Below, one piece after another: positions 29,500 to 43,100 of a stretch of 64,000 nt of DNA. Where the stretch lies: NCBI RefSeq assembly GCF_009914755.1, contig NC_060930.1. One strand, 5' to 3'. The notes beneath the pieces are model-generated. The model was not told where the DNA came from, did no database searches, and worked only from the letters and a program-made list of their open reading frames with translations. The stretch comes from the human T2T-CHM13v2.0 reference genome, Homo sapiens. Each line of letters starts with the position of its first letter. Positions within the stretch are counted from its first letter, which is position 1. Made by a program: the position numbers and the translations under genes.

Positions 29500-29950
29500 A
29501 GAACAGTGATGACTTTGTACCTTCTCCTCTTCAGCCGCCTTCCTGCTGCACTGTCTATTCAGAACCTTACACTTGGGAGACAGCTCGAATACAGCATCAA
29601 GCACGCAGGGCTCAGGCACTTCAGTCACACACATCACAGGCGGTAAATCAAGTGCACTGATTGTTGATACAAGTAATTTTAACATCTTTATTTTTCCTGT
29701 GACAGGTGAGCAGAGAGCACTGGCCTCTTCTTGAATGATACAATTGCATAAAAGAGCCATTAGCTTTGGGTTGTTTTACTATAGAAAACATCCTTTGCTG
29801 TGGGTCACAGCTTGTTTTATTTCAAGGAGATTAATCCTTCTGAATGAGAAAGATAAGTTTATGGCATATTATTTCTGAGTGGTTCTCACAGATGTGCAGA
29901 ATTAACAAATAATGCTGCTTACTAATGCTAGGGAGGACAAGGGGTATTCA
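29500..29950. promoter_or_regulatory. Candidate enhancer/promoter island
   Basis: Non-repeat, more GC-rich than its surroundings, with several retained CpGs and clustered motifs TGACAGGTG, CATAAAA, TTTATGG, TAATCC and AGATAAG. Function is inferred only. Confidence 0.3.
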
Positions 29951-30879
29951 GTCCCAGTGTTGCATTTGTCATTCAGGAGATGGCAGAGGCTTCTTCAAGG
30001 ATCCCATGTACACTTCCTTCCCAATTTCTGTGCATTGAACTATTGATTGAGGAACAGGGATTCACATATCCTTTAACCAGGGAAGAGGAGCAGAACACTG
30101 CCAATACATCTATTGTTTAATCTTCCACATATACAGATCTCTATACACTAATTTTTCTCAGTGGCTTCAGACAGAAGATGGGGTTACACCATTGGGTGAG
30201 CTGCTGTCCCCAGTACACCTACATATATCTTCCTGGAGCCTAACTTTTAGTATGTGTGACACGTGTATACATAATATTCAGTATGCATCCTAGGGAGCTG
30301 AAGATGAGGGGTATATTATGCCAGAACAGGTTTCATTTGTTTTGGCTCCTCCTTTTTTCAAAAGATAAGTTTCCTCCCAGAGGCTTGCAAAAATCTCTAT
30401 TGGTCCGTTCTTGCAATTCAAGAGATATGCTTAATCATAACTTACTTTCTCCAAGAACCAGGCTGGGACTCTGTTACTTATATAGTATATCATTTCTATA
30501 GTTAAAAAAAAATGACAGAAGAAGAGCAGATTGTAAATAGACACTCAGGTAATAGTTTCATGTTCTACCTCTCCAGTCTTCCTAGAAACGGTTTTTCAAT
30601 AGTCAAACAATGACTTGAGAAATAAAATTTCACTTCTTCCCAAAACCGTTAAGTAGATTTTTTCTCTGTTAAACATATACATTGATCTTTCCTCCTCAAT
30701 TTAGGATGAATTTATACCCCAGACACAACCCTGCTGCTTCTGCTTATTCACAGTGATTTGAAGTAGCCACCTTTTTTTAAACCTCTATGGTTTCATCAGA
30801 TAAAAACACTGAATGATGATAATACATTTTTCTATTTTATGGAAAAATAAAATGAATTTTTGCAAATATTTTGGTGTGA

Positions 30880-32170
30880 AGGAGTTTTTCCAGCTACCAC
30901 TGGTCTTTCTTATTCCCTTTCTGTAAGAGTGTATCCTCATTTTCCAGATCTCTGATATGAAAGTCCCTCGTGGATCAATCCAACCTCTTTTCCCTATTTA
31001 TATCAACTTCTTTGGTGTCATTTTCCAGTCTCAGAGCCTTACTTCTCATCTCTAGCTAATGACTGACAGATTAAAATCTTCAATTTAGACCTCTCCCCTG
31101 AACTTGTGCATCTAGCTTCTCTGTTGAACTGCTTCTTCCACATCTCACAGCATCTAAAAAATAAAATGTCTGAAAACAAGATCCCAAGCTTCCTTTCCGA
31201 ATCATCTCGATCTGTTAGTGAACCCTCTGCATGTCCTGGTGCTCAGTATTATTATTTCTTGAGTCAGAATCGATCCTCTTCCTCTAGAATATAAGCATCA
31301 AGAGGGCATATTTTTTTCTGTTTTATTTACTTATGTGTCCTCAAGATGTAGAATGGTGTACTGCAGGTTCTTAAAAAATGTTGAATTAAAATGAATACTT
31401 ATTTTGAAGCATGCATCTAATTAGTCAGAAAATAAGGTCAGTTTTATTTATTTATTTCAGATTCCAGAATCTGAGCACTTATTATCTCCATGCAGAACAC
31501 CCTAGTCCAAGACACCACCATCTTGTGACAAGATTGTTGCCATAGTCTCTTGTCTCTGCCCTTTTTCTCTGGAGTTTATTTTTATTTCAGTAGCTAGAAT
31601 GGTCCTATTAAAACACACATAGCTAACTGCTCTACACAAATCCCTCTAGCTTCATAATCTACTACTACAAGTAAAACTTAACTACTCAAAACAAGATCTT
31701 TTTACCATCCTTCTGGCTGCATCTATTAATTTTGCTTTAATCATTCTTCTCCAGGATCATTCATTTCTCACTGTTCCTCAAACTTAAGTTTCCGTTTCTG
31801 CTTCAGGGGCTTTGTACTCCCTATTTCCTCTCTCTGGAATGCTCTCCTCTCATATGTCTGTAGGATTTACCCCCTTATCACCTGTGCATTTACTTAAATA
31901 TTATGAATGAGGATTTTCTTGACCATGCTACTCTAATGATAACTTCTGCCTCCAATCCCTGATGCAATATTTTACTTTGTCACTTATGTCATCCGAACAC
32001 ACATTCTAATTTGCTTACTTTTTTTAATTGTCTAGCTTCCCCACTAGAATAGTAAGCTCCATGAGAACAGGAAATTGTGCTTTATTTAGAGATAAATTAT
32101 CTCTAAATATTACCGATAAATCATCAGTGCCAAGAATCATGTCTGATAAATAATGAATTTGTTTAATTAT
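30880..32170 (-). mobile_element. L2 LINE fragments
   Basis: agacctctcccctgaact...catctcacagcatctaaaa and ccactagaatagtaagctccatgagaacagg are L2-like. Confidence 0.7.
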
Positions 32171-34970
32171 CCCAAACCTCACTTTCTTTCTAAGGTTGTC
32201 CTTTTAATTATACCTAAATTATTTCATTAGCCTTCTATTTGGTTTTCCTTTATCTACTTTCATAGTTCTACTATCAATAGCTTACAAATAAAGCCGAGAC
32301 ATATTTTTTAATCATGACTTCCTCCAGTGGCTCTCCATTTCTCGCTATATATTATTTTCTAGTTATTTCCTTCGCTACAACAATTAATATCCAAATTTAT
32401 GTTGTTTATTAAGTTTTCTTTTTTATTAAAAGCAAAATTCCATGAGAATGGGAATTTTGCTCACTTTAATGTTTGCCATATAGCAATATCTTAGGAAAGT
32501 AACTGATGCATAACTGTCCTTCAAAAAGGATTTGTTGAAAAAATAAATGATGATAAATCCTCAGTGACAAATATAACTTAAAGGCTGTAATTATGGCATG
32601 TCTGAAATAAAATGTATCTCTATTCCAATAACACATTTTTAAATAGAGAAAATCTTAATAATAATGCAAGTTATATTATAGTCTAAAATACATCAATTTA
32701 GAGGTATAGCATAAATTTGGAACACAATTAATGCTTAACTATGATAATTCTATTTTCTTGAACATTGAAATTAAATTCAGAAGTGGAATATTACTATCAA
32801 AACTTTCACATCTCTGGTACCTAGCTTTGGAAGTTATTTATATGGGAACCGTAATTTGTATTTTAGACAGAATTCATCATTGTAATTTGTTGAAAGATGA
32901 GAGGATGAAAGTTAGATATCTGTAAAATAAAATGAAATGGAAAAAAGTATGCAAAGTGTGAATAGCTTGTAACATATTTTCATTTGTTTCCATTTGCTTG
33001 GCCTTTCATCCATTAAATAAATTAGATTGTGATCTCCTATAAACTTGAAATGATGTGAATTTAGTTACAAAGTTTTTAAAGTCAACATAGTTTTACATAT
33101 TTCTCATAGAGGACTACTTGGATTAAGATGAATTCTTAGTAATAATATTGTTCTAATGTTAGTAGAAATGTAATAATCTTTTACTTCATGTCGTGTGTAG
33201 TTAACTGGACTTTAAATTTATTCTTTGGACTGCTCTCTTCAAAAACCAAGAAAAGTAATATCAACAACAGAAAAGAAGAGAAAATGTCAGACTCTGTGTC
33301 ATTGTGGCATTAATAAGAAACAAAGATGAATACATATTTGACATCCCTAAATATCTGGATAACTTGGAACACAAGGTATTACTCTAATAAAACTACAATA
33401 TCAAGTATTTCAAAATTTTAATTCCCTACTCAGCTGCCTTTTCTGGACTTTCCTTATCTAATTCTTTAAATATTTTACCAAATATCTAAGTATTTTTTAA
33501 GAGCTTAAATAAGAACAATTTGTATTTTTCCCACTTCTAAATGTGAGAAAATCTGAAATAATGAAAGAAAATTAAACAATGGCCTCCTCTCATTATTATT
33601 ATTCTTTAGTTTCCTTATTACATAACTCTCTTTCTCTCACTTTTCATAGGAAGGGATAAAGTAATTGGTAAAGTAATTTGTTTATGTTTGAAACAATGTG
33701 AATATAAAGTTTTTAAAGTCAATATAGTTCAATATTTTTCCTATAGTGAATTACTTGGATTAAGATAACTTCTTTGAAATAATATTGTTTTCAATTGATA
33801 ATTTTAAACAATTAAAATACTGTGCAAAACCAAACTAGTATTATATCCTCCGAATTTAGCAACAAATTTATCAAGTTATCAATATCACACTGATTTTCGG
33901 ATCTTATAGCCTATTGATCCATTACATACAACAGTGTGTATTCTGAGAAACGCATTCAATGGCATCTTCCAAGCTTATCCATCGTTGTTCTATAGCCTTG
34001 TTTTTAAGACCAGGTGCAGGCTCTCCAGTTACCCTTTCCACATAAGTTGTATGAGTGGCCTCAGTAGTTCAACTAAAATTAGTTCAGCCTGTTTTGTTAT
34101 TCCTAGTGACAATCTGAACCTGGAGAATCACAGCAGGATAATAATTCTGCTTTATTGATTTAAATGAATTGACAGCTTCTGCTTCCTGTGTAGCAGGAGA
34201 AAATACAGAATATGTCTTAGAGTTTCCCATGTGTGTGATTAACATAAATAGTATTTATCCTCTGTTGGATACAAAATTGATTGAAAACAACATGGTCATC
34301 TTGTGTCTGATTCATCGAAAATTATTTTAATTATATTGCTGATACCATGTTTTTTTTCCCGTAGGGCACTCACCCAGATGATCTGGTACTTCCCAACCTA
34401 ATATTAACTAGGCAATTTATATTTGTTACCTTGAATTTCCCTTAGATAAAAGGATGAGCATAGACTCAATATATAATTATAGAAAAAGACCTCATTTAAC
34501 TTGGGATTCTACTTCTTTCACATGCTTGTATATTTAAAAAATAAATTGGGTTAAGGGAAAGATGACTGATTAGTTCATAGATCTCCAAAGGCATGTATTC
34601 TTTTTCTACATCATATAATTTCTTAAGGATGAATATCTCTTAAGAATCTTTTAAGAATCTTTTAGAAGACCCCAGATATTCTATCTTTTCTTCTCCCTGG
34701 AAAGATGTATGTATTTATATTAGAAATTGTAAGAAACCAAGGTTCTTCTTCCTCTTATAGGAGGGGGGATATTCTCAATTCTATATAAGTGGAGGAATTT
34801 ACATTTCTAGGTACACCTCCCAGAGTCAATCCTCCTGTACTTCTAGGTTGTGACATTTGGTTGTCACTGTATTACCTGTGGGGTGTTGTCATGAGAGACT
34901 AACTCTGCAAGGTTATTCTAGCTAGTGTCTTAACTCTGTTCTCTCAACCAGTTGGCTTGTGTTTCTGCTT

Positions 34971-35005
34971 ACACACACACACACACACACGTGTGTGTGT
35001 GTGTG
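34971..35005. repeat. (AC)10(GT)7 self-complementary microsatellite
   Basis: acacacacacacacacacacgtgtgtgtgtgtgtg. Confidence 0.95.
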
Positions 35006-35475
35006 CCTGGTAAATTTTGAATTTGTATAATTTTCCTAAGTATTTCTTCCTAAAGTCGTCCTGATAATTACATCTAAATTATTTTATTAGCCTTCTAACT
35101 GATTCTCCTGTCTCTTCTTTATAGCTGTGTAGCCAATTGCCTACAAATAAATCAGAGTCATATTTTTCAATCATGCCTTCCTTCAGTGGCTCTCCATCCT
35201 TCTCTGTCTCTCTCTCTTTCTCTAGTTGTTTCCTTCATTTCACTAATCAACATCCAAATTTATGCTGTTCATTATGTTTTCTTTTTTATTAAAAACAGTA
35301 TATAAACCAATGTACACACAGATAAACTGCTATATTTTAGGAATTCAATAAATATTACTTCTCAACCCCAACCCATTGTAATGAAGCCTCACTGTTCACA
35401 TATTGATAAATTATTTTGCCAGTTCAAGTGTATTTCCCAGTGGTTTTCTTTCTGAAAGATCTAAAAGTTTAATAA

Positions 35476-35502
35476 ACACACACACACACACACACACACA
35501 CA
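35476..35502. repeat. (CA)n microsatellite
   Basis: About 13 CA units. Confidence 0.95.
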
Positions 35503-35677
35503 TTTTGAAATAATATATGCAATCAAAAATTACAAATACATGTAATCACAAATTTTAATATATAATTTAAAAATATATTTATAAATTCCGAAAAGTCTGG
35601 AAGTTTATTATATATAAATCTAAAATATATATAGATAGAGATAGAAAGATCAATATGTAGTTTTATATAGGATACAT

Positions 35678-35702
35678 ATAGATAGATGATAGATGGATAG
35701 AT

Positions 35703-35742
<40 letters not shown>
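35678..35742. repeat. Compound (GATA)n microsatellite
   Basis: A perfect TAGA run preceded by degenerate units. Confidence 0.95.
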
Positions 35743-35889
35743 AAATAAACTTGCAGATCCCCTCAGAATTTCTGATTTAGTAAGGTGTAGATCCCTGGGT
35801 ATAGAGAGTGTGTTGTCTCTCTCTGGATAACAAATTTGACTGATCTCTTGACATCTATATTGAGAAAAACCAGTCCCTAAAACTGAAAT

Positions 35890-36227
35890 TGTCAAAGTAT
35901 ATTAAATGAAACTGACTTTGGGCTCTAGAAGTCTGCATATGAATCCTAAGTAACAAAATGCAACCTAATTCATTATGTAAACAAACTGAAAATCAAACTT
36001 AGGTGTCCCAGCCAATTACAGCAGCTGAGCAGTCCACAGACTGTCTCTATATGTCACTTCCATTTTCTGTAAATCATTTCCCTTTCTTTGTCCATAAATT
36101 TTGCTTAACCATGTAGCAGCCCTGGAGTCATTCTGAATGGTTCTGGGGGCTGCCCAATTCACAAACTGTTCGTTGCTAAATTAAACTGTATTAAATTTAA
36201 TTTATCTAATGTTTTGTTTTCTTTTAA
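35890..36227 (+). mobile_element. ERV1 solo LTR (MER57-like)
   Basis: caacctaa...gtaaacaaactgaaa...cagccaattacagcagctgagc...ttctgggggctgcccaattcacaaactgttc...ttaaatttaattt. Confidence 0.65.
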
Positions 36228-36334
36228 GATGAGTACAAGCTGAGAGAACCTTATTCTCCAAGGCAATATCCGTTAAGAGTTGTTCCTCTTGGAACTTGAA
36301 TCTAAGAAAGAGATCTAAACGTGTGTACCATATT

Positions 36335-36692
36335 TTCCCCTGCCCTCCACCCATGGTATCACTTTTTGCATTTTCTGTTACTTGTGGTCAAATGTGGTCC
36401 AAAAATATTAAATGAAAAAGTACTAACATAAACCATTTATAAATTTTAAGTTGCATGCCTATCTGAGGACTGTGATGAAATCTTGCACCATCCAATCTCC
36501 ATCCTGCCCAGGACGTCAATCATTTCTTTGTCCAGCATAGTCATACTGCCTGTGCCACCCACCCATCAGTCACACGATAGTCTTCTCATTTATTAAATGG
36601 AAAAGCAGTGTATATAGAGTTCGATACTATTCACAGTTTCAGGCATCTACTGAGAGTCTCGGAATGTATGTCCCACAAATAAAGGGAGACGA
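36335..36692 (+). mobile_element. MER44A-like (TcMar-Tigger7 derivative)
   Basis: gttacttgtggtcaaatgtggtccaaaaatattaaatg...gatactattcacagtttcaggcatctactg. Confidence 0.75.
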
Positions 36693-39600
36693 ATCTATTT
36701 CTGTTTTTATCTCATGATACTGTTTATTGTGCTGCCTTTCTTAGCTTTAGTTTCCTCATCTCTAGGAATAAGTATGTATCAGGAGCACATAATAATTTTC
36801 CTATCTAATGCAGAAGTCCGTTATTAAAATTGTGACAATCTGATAGGAACATATTAAGCTTTTGGATGTGCTATATCAATGAGGTTTTTGAGCTATTTCT
36901 ATTTTTCCTTGTACATGTTTAGTGCTCTGCTTCAAAATGCTTTGAAAAGTAAATACATAATTTAGGAAATGTTGCATATTTTACACATACTTGAAGAATT
37001 ACAATATTGTATAATGCAGAGAGTTTTACAGAGTTTAATACTATCTTTTTTTTTTCTATTCAGAGTTCCACCAATCATTTATTTGACCAGAGAAAGTTGT
37101 TTTTACTTAACAGCTTTACACAAAATTTGTCATATATTGTAAGGAACAACAGCAAACTGGCCAGAGCTCTCAGTAAGCATTCTATTGACTCCTATAAAAA
37201 TAATGAATGTTGCTACTTTCTAATTCTTCTATTAACTCAAAAAAAATCTCCTTTTTGTGGAACTATGTCCATCTTCATGGTTTTTTTTTCTTTCTTTTTT
37301 TTTGGCGGTGGGGGTGGAACTCTTTTATTTAATTGCCATGCTCTGTCTTCACTAACAACTTGGTTAAAGGAGGAGAAATTAATGCTGTGAGATTTCAAAG
37401 GTCTGAGGAAGACCTAGTGGTGATAAAGTATCTTTAGTAGTGCCAGCAGATTTTCCATTATTTATTATGTACCTCCTATGTTTTTGAAAGTTAAGATTTC
37501 ACTTAAAGGAAACCAAAGAATGTTGTCTTTGGCCATTCCCAATTCTGTTGTAATTTCTGGAGTTTCATAATAAAAGGAAAATAAAAATGTAATTTCAGTG
37601 CCACTTTTATTTCTCTTCTCTGTGCCTCATTATTTGGCATCAGGAGATGCGCACTGATGCCAAGCTGTTAAATTTTAGATATTGCCAGTTCTGTTGGACT
37701 GGTGCTCTATGTCCTTAGACTGAGGCTATTACAGCTCTTGACTACTTTTTCCTATCTCTTCTTTTCTGTGCTTAGCTCCCTCGGGGCTGTTCAATCAAGA
37801 CTCAATAAAAATTGTTGAACTGTTCAGATTTTTATTGAGAGCCTTGATGCTATAGCCCCACAGGAGCCCACTGAAGAAGGGATTATCCTCGTTATCATAA
37901 AGAGGCAAAGAGAATGCCAAGGACAAGAAAAGGCATAAAGCCAAAGGCTGCAATGCTATATAATTGATCAACTCAGCCACCTTTACAAAGAAGGAAGCTG
38001 AACAAGATGCTAACGTCAGAAGAAAGCTGAGAATCTTATATAAAGAATTAAAGTGTATATTAAGAAGAGTTTTCATTTATAACTCATATTTATTAATTTA
38101 TACTTACATAGATTAAGTAGTATCTCTTAAGTAGAATGGTTTTCTTCAACTAAAGAGTGCAGTGTATTTTGATAGACATGAATTCATTTAAGCAGTATTT
38201 TATGCATATGAGCCCCTTTATTAAGACAGGTCACGCTTTGATACTTTTTCATTATACATACATTCAACTCCAACTTCTTAGCAATAGTCTCAAAAACTTT
38301 TGTTTTGCGAACTGACTATATGAAAAGATTAGGTAGCTCTTCTTGCCTAATATACAAAACATCAATAATGTCTGGAACAACATTTTAGATAAAGAGTTAA
38401 ATTTTATTTTCACAGATTGTGTAGGAAAAATGTAAAATACAATGTATGTCAGCTGAAATGACTTCATGTGAGGGATAAAGAGTCATAATTTGGAGAACCA
38501 AATTAGGAGAACCAAAAATGTCTAAAAATGAACCAAAAAATCATATTAGCTTCTCCTTCACCTATTCACTCAACTTGATCAGGCACTCTACTTTGGACTA
38601 GGGATGTAGACATGCATACAACTCAAACTCTGACCTTGAGGATTATATTTAAATCAATTGAATGTACTACATAAGGAATGTATAGACAGGTTCAGGAAAA
38701 TGAATAATAATGTTTGTGCTAATAGAGACTGAAATGTGATGAAATAATGTGATCATTTGGTTTTCAATAAGAATGATTTATTGAGGAATTATAACAGTAA
38801 ATAATAAAATGTTAGTTCTCAGATTGTTCTACATCCTTTTGGTCTGTGCTAGGTTCTGTTGAAAATGAAGATTAACGAGGCATTTCACAGAATGAATGTG
38901 TTTGTGTTTTATAAATTTTACATAGAACTTGATAGATAAACTTCTCTTGACTAAAATACAAAATGTCAACAACATCTGGAACAACATTTTAGATTACACA
39001 GTTATTACATTTAATTTTTATATTATTATCAATCCACTTATATAAAAATAAAATGATGCTTTTGATTCCCCAAGAATAGAAGATTCTTTGCCAATTTTCA
39101 TATATTCCTTGCTCAATTATTCTTACAATAGCATGCTAGAACAGAAGGGAATAAACTGAATGATTATCATTACCAACATATCTAGCCTGAAGTTTTTCAA
39201 CTCTGTTTGTGTCCATGTTTCTCTCCTAGCTGCTTGAAAAAAAAGGCAATGCTCATGCATCACCCTTGCCAATTATATCATACTCTTGGGTGCTGTGTGG
39301 GCATGTGAATATTTATAAACCTGACCAGGTAAGTCTAACATGGAGTCAAGTTTGAGATGCACAATTTTAACGCTAATTTAAAAAGAAAATCTAGCTCCAA
39401 GATTATCTTTAATTATTTAGTTTTCTTGGGCTCTATTTCATTAATTAGCAGTCACAAATAACTTTAGACACTGTGGAAATTATATTTTAGAATATTATAG
39501 GTGGTGTGTCACAAAAATGAGTGAGACTTTACATATTAATAAAAATAATAAATAAAACATTTAATAAAATTTAAATTCAAAAAGAATAAAATGGAAACAT

Positions 39601-40064
39601 ACTTCTACTAAAAATATGAATTAAATTTTTGTGTGAACAGTCTTTGAAAACTTTTACTTTTGTGATGCTAGAATGTTTTTATGTAAACTTCATATAGTAT
39701 TCCATAAAACAGAAGGGAGGTAAATTTTGTTACTGTAGGAAGATGTAGGAGAAAGAAAAATACAGAAATATACGTGAATGGACAAAATAACTTATTTTTA
39801 TTAAGATGTGAACACTGAAACTTCATTATAATGAATTGGGGTTGAGGAGTAATATTTATTAAATTTCTAAAATATTAAATGTCATATTACTAAAAATATA
39901 ACATAAATTATCTTATTTGATTATCAAAGTAATACTGTGAGGTGGAATATATAGATAAATCAAATAAAGCTTACATAAATTGTTTTGAGATAAAATAGTT
40001 CTCAGACAACAGAGTCAGAATTTGTATTCAATTTTATTTGACAAGTCCTTTTTATCTTTTTTCT

Positions 40065-40830
40065 TGAATTTTATGATTTATTTTAAATAATTTCAATTTT
40101 ACAGTAAAACAGCAAGTAAGAGACTTTTTGTTTTTCCTAGGACTTTTGAGAGTAAATTGCTAAATGAATGTCCCTGTCATCCTAAAATCTCTAGTGAGTA
40201 TTTCCTACAGAAAAAAAATATTATATTTTGTAATCAAAGTATCAACACAAAAATCAAGAAATTAACATTGATATGTTATCTTCTAATTCCAAATCACTAT
40301 TTATGATTCCCTAATTATTATAATAATGTCCTTCATAGGAAAATGATTCAATCTAGAATAACGTGTTACATTTATTATTAGTCTCTCTACTTTCCCTCAT
40401 TCTGTAATAACTCCACAGTCTTGCATTGACATTCATGACCTTGAAACTTTTGAAGTTATCAGCAGTTATTTTAAAGAATGGGCCTCAATTTGGGTTTGTT
40501 TGATGTTTCCTCATGATTCAATTCCGGTAATGCAATTTTGGCAGAATATCATCGGAGTTATGATGCATTGCTCTCACTGAATCCATTAGATGGTGCACAT
40601 TTTAATTCCCCCCATTACTGGTGATTTTAACATTGATTACTTGACTAAGGAGATATCTGATGACTCTACACTAGTACCACAGAGTGTAATGACTCTGTAG
40701 ACTATTTTTCCTTTTGTAAACTAAGCATTTTGTGGAAAAACTATATAAATATTTCATTTAATCAAATGTATTCACCAACTTTAGCACCGTTTCCTCTTTT
40801 CTTCTTGGTTGAATTACTTATTAATGTAAT
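40065..40830 (-). mobile_element. Old L1M (MC/ME) 3' region
   Basis: catgaccttgaaacttttgaag...cctcaatttgggtttgtttgatgtttcctcatgattcaattc. Confidence 0.7.
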
Positions 40831-41269
40831 AGTTTTGCTCTATGTGATACTGTTTAGTAAGATATATTGAATGAGTGAATAGGTGTATGTAAAAAAATAA
40901 TATTTATTTTTCTGAGTTAAATATTCTCATCAAGAAAGTATTTTGCTCTCTTCTCTCAGGCTTGGACTTAACCTGTTACTGTCCTGCTTGAATACCTTTT
41001 AATGTATTTAATCTTTTCTGCTGCTTTGTTTATTCTAAGTTACTGTGATCTGAATCAGAAAATCATATAAACGAGGGTTAAAGACAGTTCGGTAATCCCT
41101 GTGGACAATCATGAAAACTAACTAAGCTTCCAAATATATTTTGGCTGAGTGAACTAATTAGAATGGAGTTTTCTATCTCATAGAGATGGTTCAAAAAAAG
41201 TAAGAGAGCATTCAAGGTATTTCTGAGTGTTTCCTGCATCAAAGAACACACAAATCTAAGGAATGTTAG

Positions 41270-41621
<352 letters not shown>

Positions 41622-41949
41622 TAAAAAGCAGGTTAAGGAAGACAGTCATATTTTTGTTGTCTTTATATTGCTTCCTATTGTGATCACTGTCCCCTAATAC
41701 ACACCTCCTCTCTTAGACACTGGATGTTGATTTTTAAAATCTTCTTTATAGGGATTAGGACAGAAACTAGTCATCTTTTAAAACAATAGAGGTAAATGTA
41801 AGATTATTGTATTCATTAATACAAGCACACAGAGACTCTTTGAAGCTGAATGTCTAAGGGAAGAACAGCAAAGATAAAGGGATCTTACAAGAGTAGATCA
41901 CATGGTGTGGTGTATGTGTGTTATTCTTATTAGGTTGGGGAAACAGAAA

Positions 41950-43100
41950 GGGTTGAAACATTTAAACTCTGATCCAAAGCATTTATTAGCACTTGAATTA
42001 AAGAGGTATTCAGATGGAAAGAACAGATCTTATGCTTAGTAAGTATGCACAATTAGGAAAGTTTATGACATAGTCAGGAATTAAAAAAAAAAAAGTTTAG
42101 TAAATTTGGAGTGTGCAGTGGGAAGAATGAGATGTTCCTGGAGAGAAAAACAGAACCTGAATTATGAAGGACTTTTCTAGTCATCTCAAAGAAACTGGGT
42201 TTAAAGCCAAGAGTTTTTAAGTGGAGATAAACATGATCAGACACAAGCTTTCAGAAGAGTGCATTGCAATGAGGGTTAGGACTGGGAAGATGATGTGTCA
42301 ATGCAAAAATCTTAAGGCCAGTTGCAAAGCTGTGGATTATTCAGAATAGGAATTTTCATCTTAATGTGAACATCTGTGGTGGATTTGGATGAATAGAGTG
42401 AAGGGATTCTAAAGATATTTTGAAATGAATGTTTATAGAACATAGTAACTGGATAGGGCTGAGGTAGAGGTGAGGGCCACAAATGAGAGTAAGGGGTGCA
42501 GTAATGCCTTGTTCCCTACCTCAGCTATTGAGTGAATGATAGTGCCTTTCATTAATAGAAGAGACAAAAGAGAGAGGGTAGATATGTAGGAAATGGGAGA
42601 GATTTTAGCTTTGAACAGGCTCAGCTGTAGGTATCTGTGAGACATTTCAATGGAAAACTCTAATAGGCATTTAAACTTAAAGAGCTGCAGCTTACAGGAG
42701 AGATTTACGCTGGGGATACAGATATGAATGCCATAAACAAGACAAGGACAATGAAATCTCCTAGGGAGAGCAAGTGCAGAGACAGGAAAATAACTGGGAT
42801 AAATCTCAACATTTAAGATGAGTCAGAGGGACTGATGTCACAAAAGCACCTAAAAGGGAGCAGCAAGTGAGACGGAATAGCACGAGGAGGGAGTAGTGTC
42901 ACGTTATTGAGTGCAAGGCACTTAGCTGAACATTTCAAAGTTACCTCCGATGTTTGAAACCCCAAAGCAAAACAATGTGGTTTGTGCCACAGGGAAGCAA
43001 TTCTGTCTAGATGCAATTTTTAATGTAAACAGCTGTGGGAGGCTAAAAATAAAAAAAACAAGAGTATACTTAGCTTTTTCACTCAAGATAAATAGCACTG
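41950..43100 (+). mobile_element. L2 LINE fragment
   Basis: gagtttttaagtggagataaacatgatcagac...ggtatctgtgagacatttcaatggaaa...gagagatttacgctggggatacagat. Confidence 0.65.

Noticed and set aside
29287-29520. C-terminal half of the 157-aa ORF with LSIY repeats (also the ORF at 35650-35895)
   Set aside because: Translation of a (TATC)n microsatellite.
37007-37390. 127-aa ORF and other 60-130 aa ORFs such as 5352-5654, 61561-61956 and 62681-63040
   Set aside because: Low-complexity or repeat-derived, often with non-ATG starts and no recognisable domain; expected by chance.
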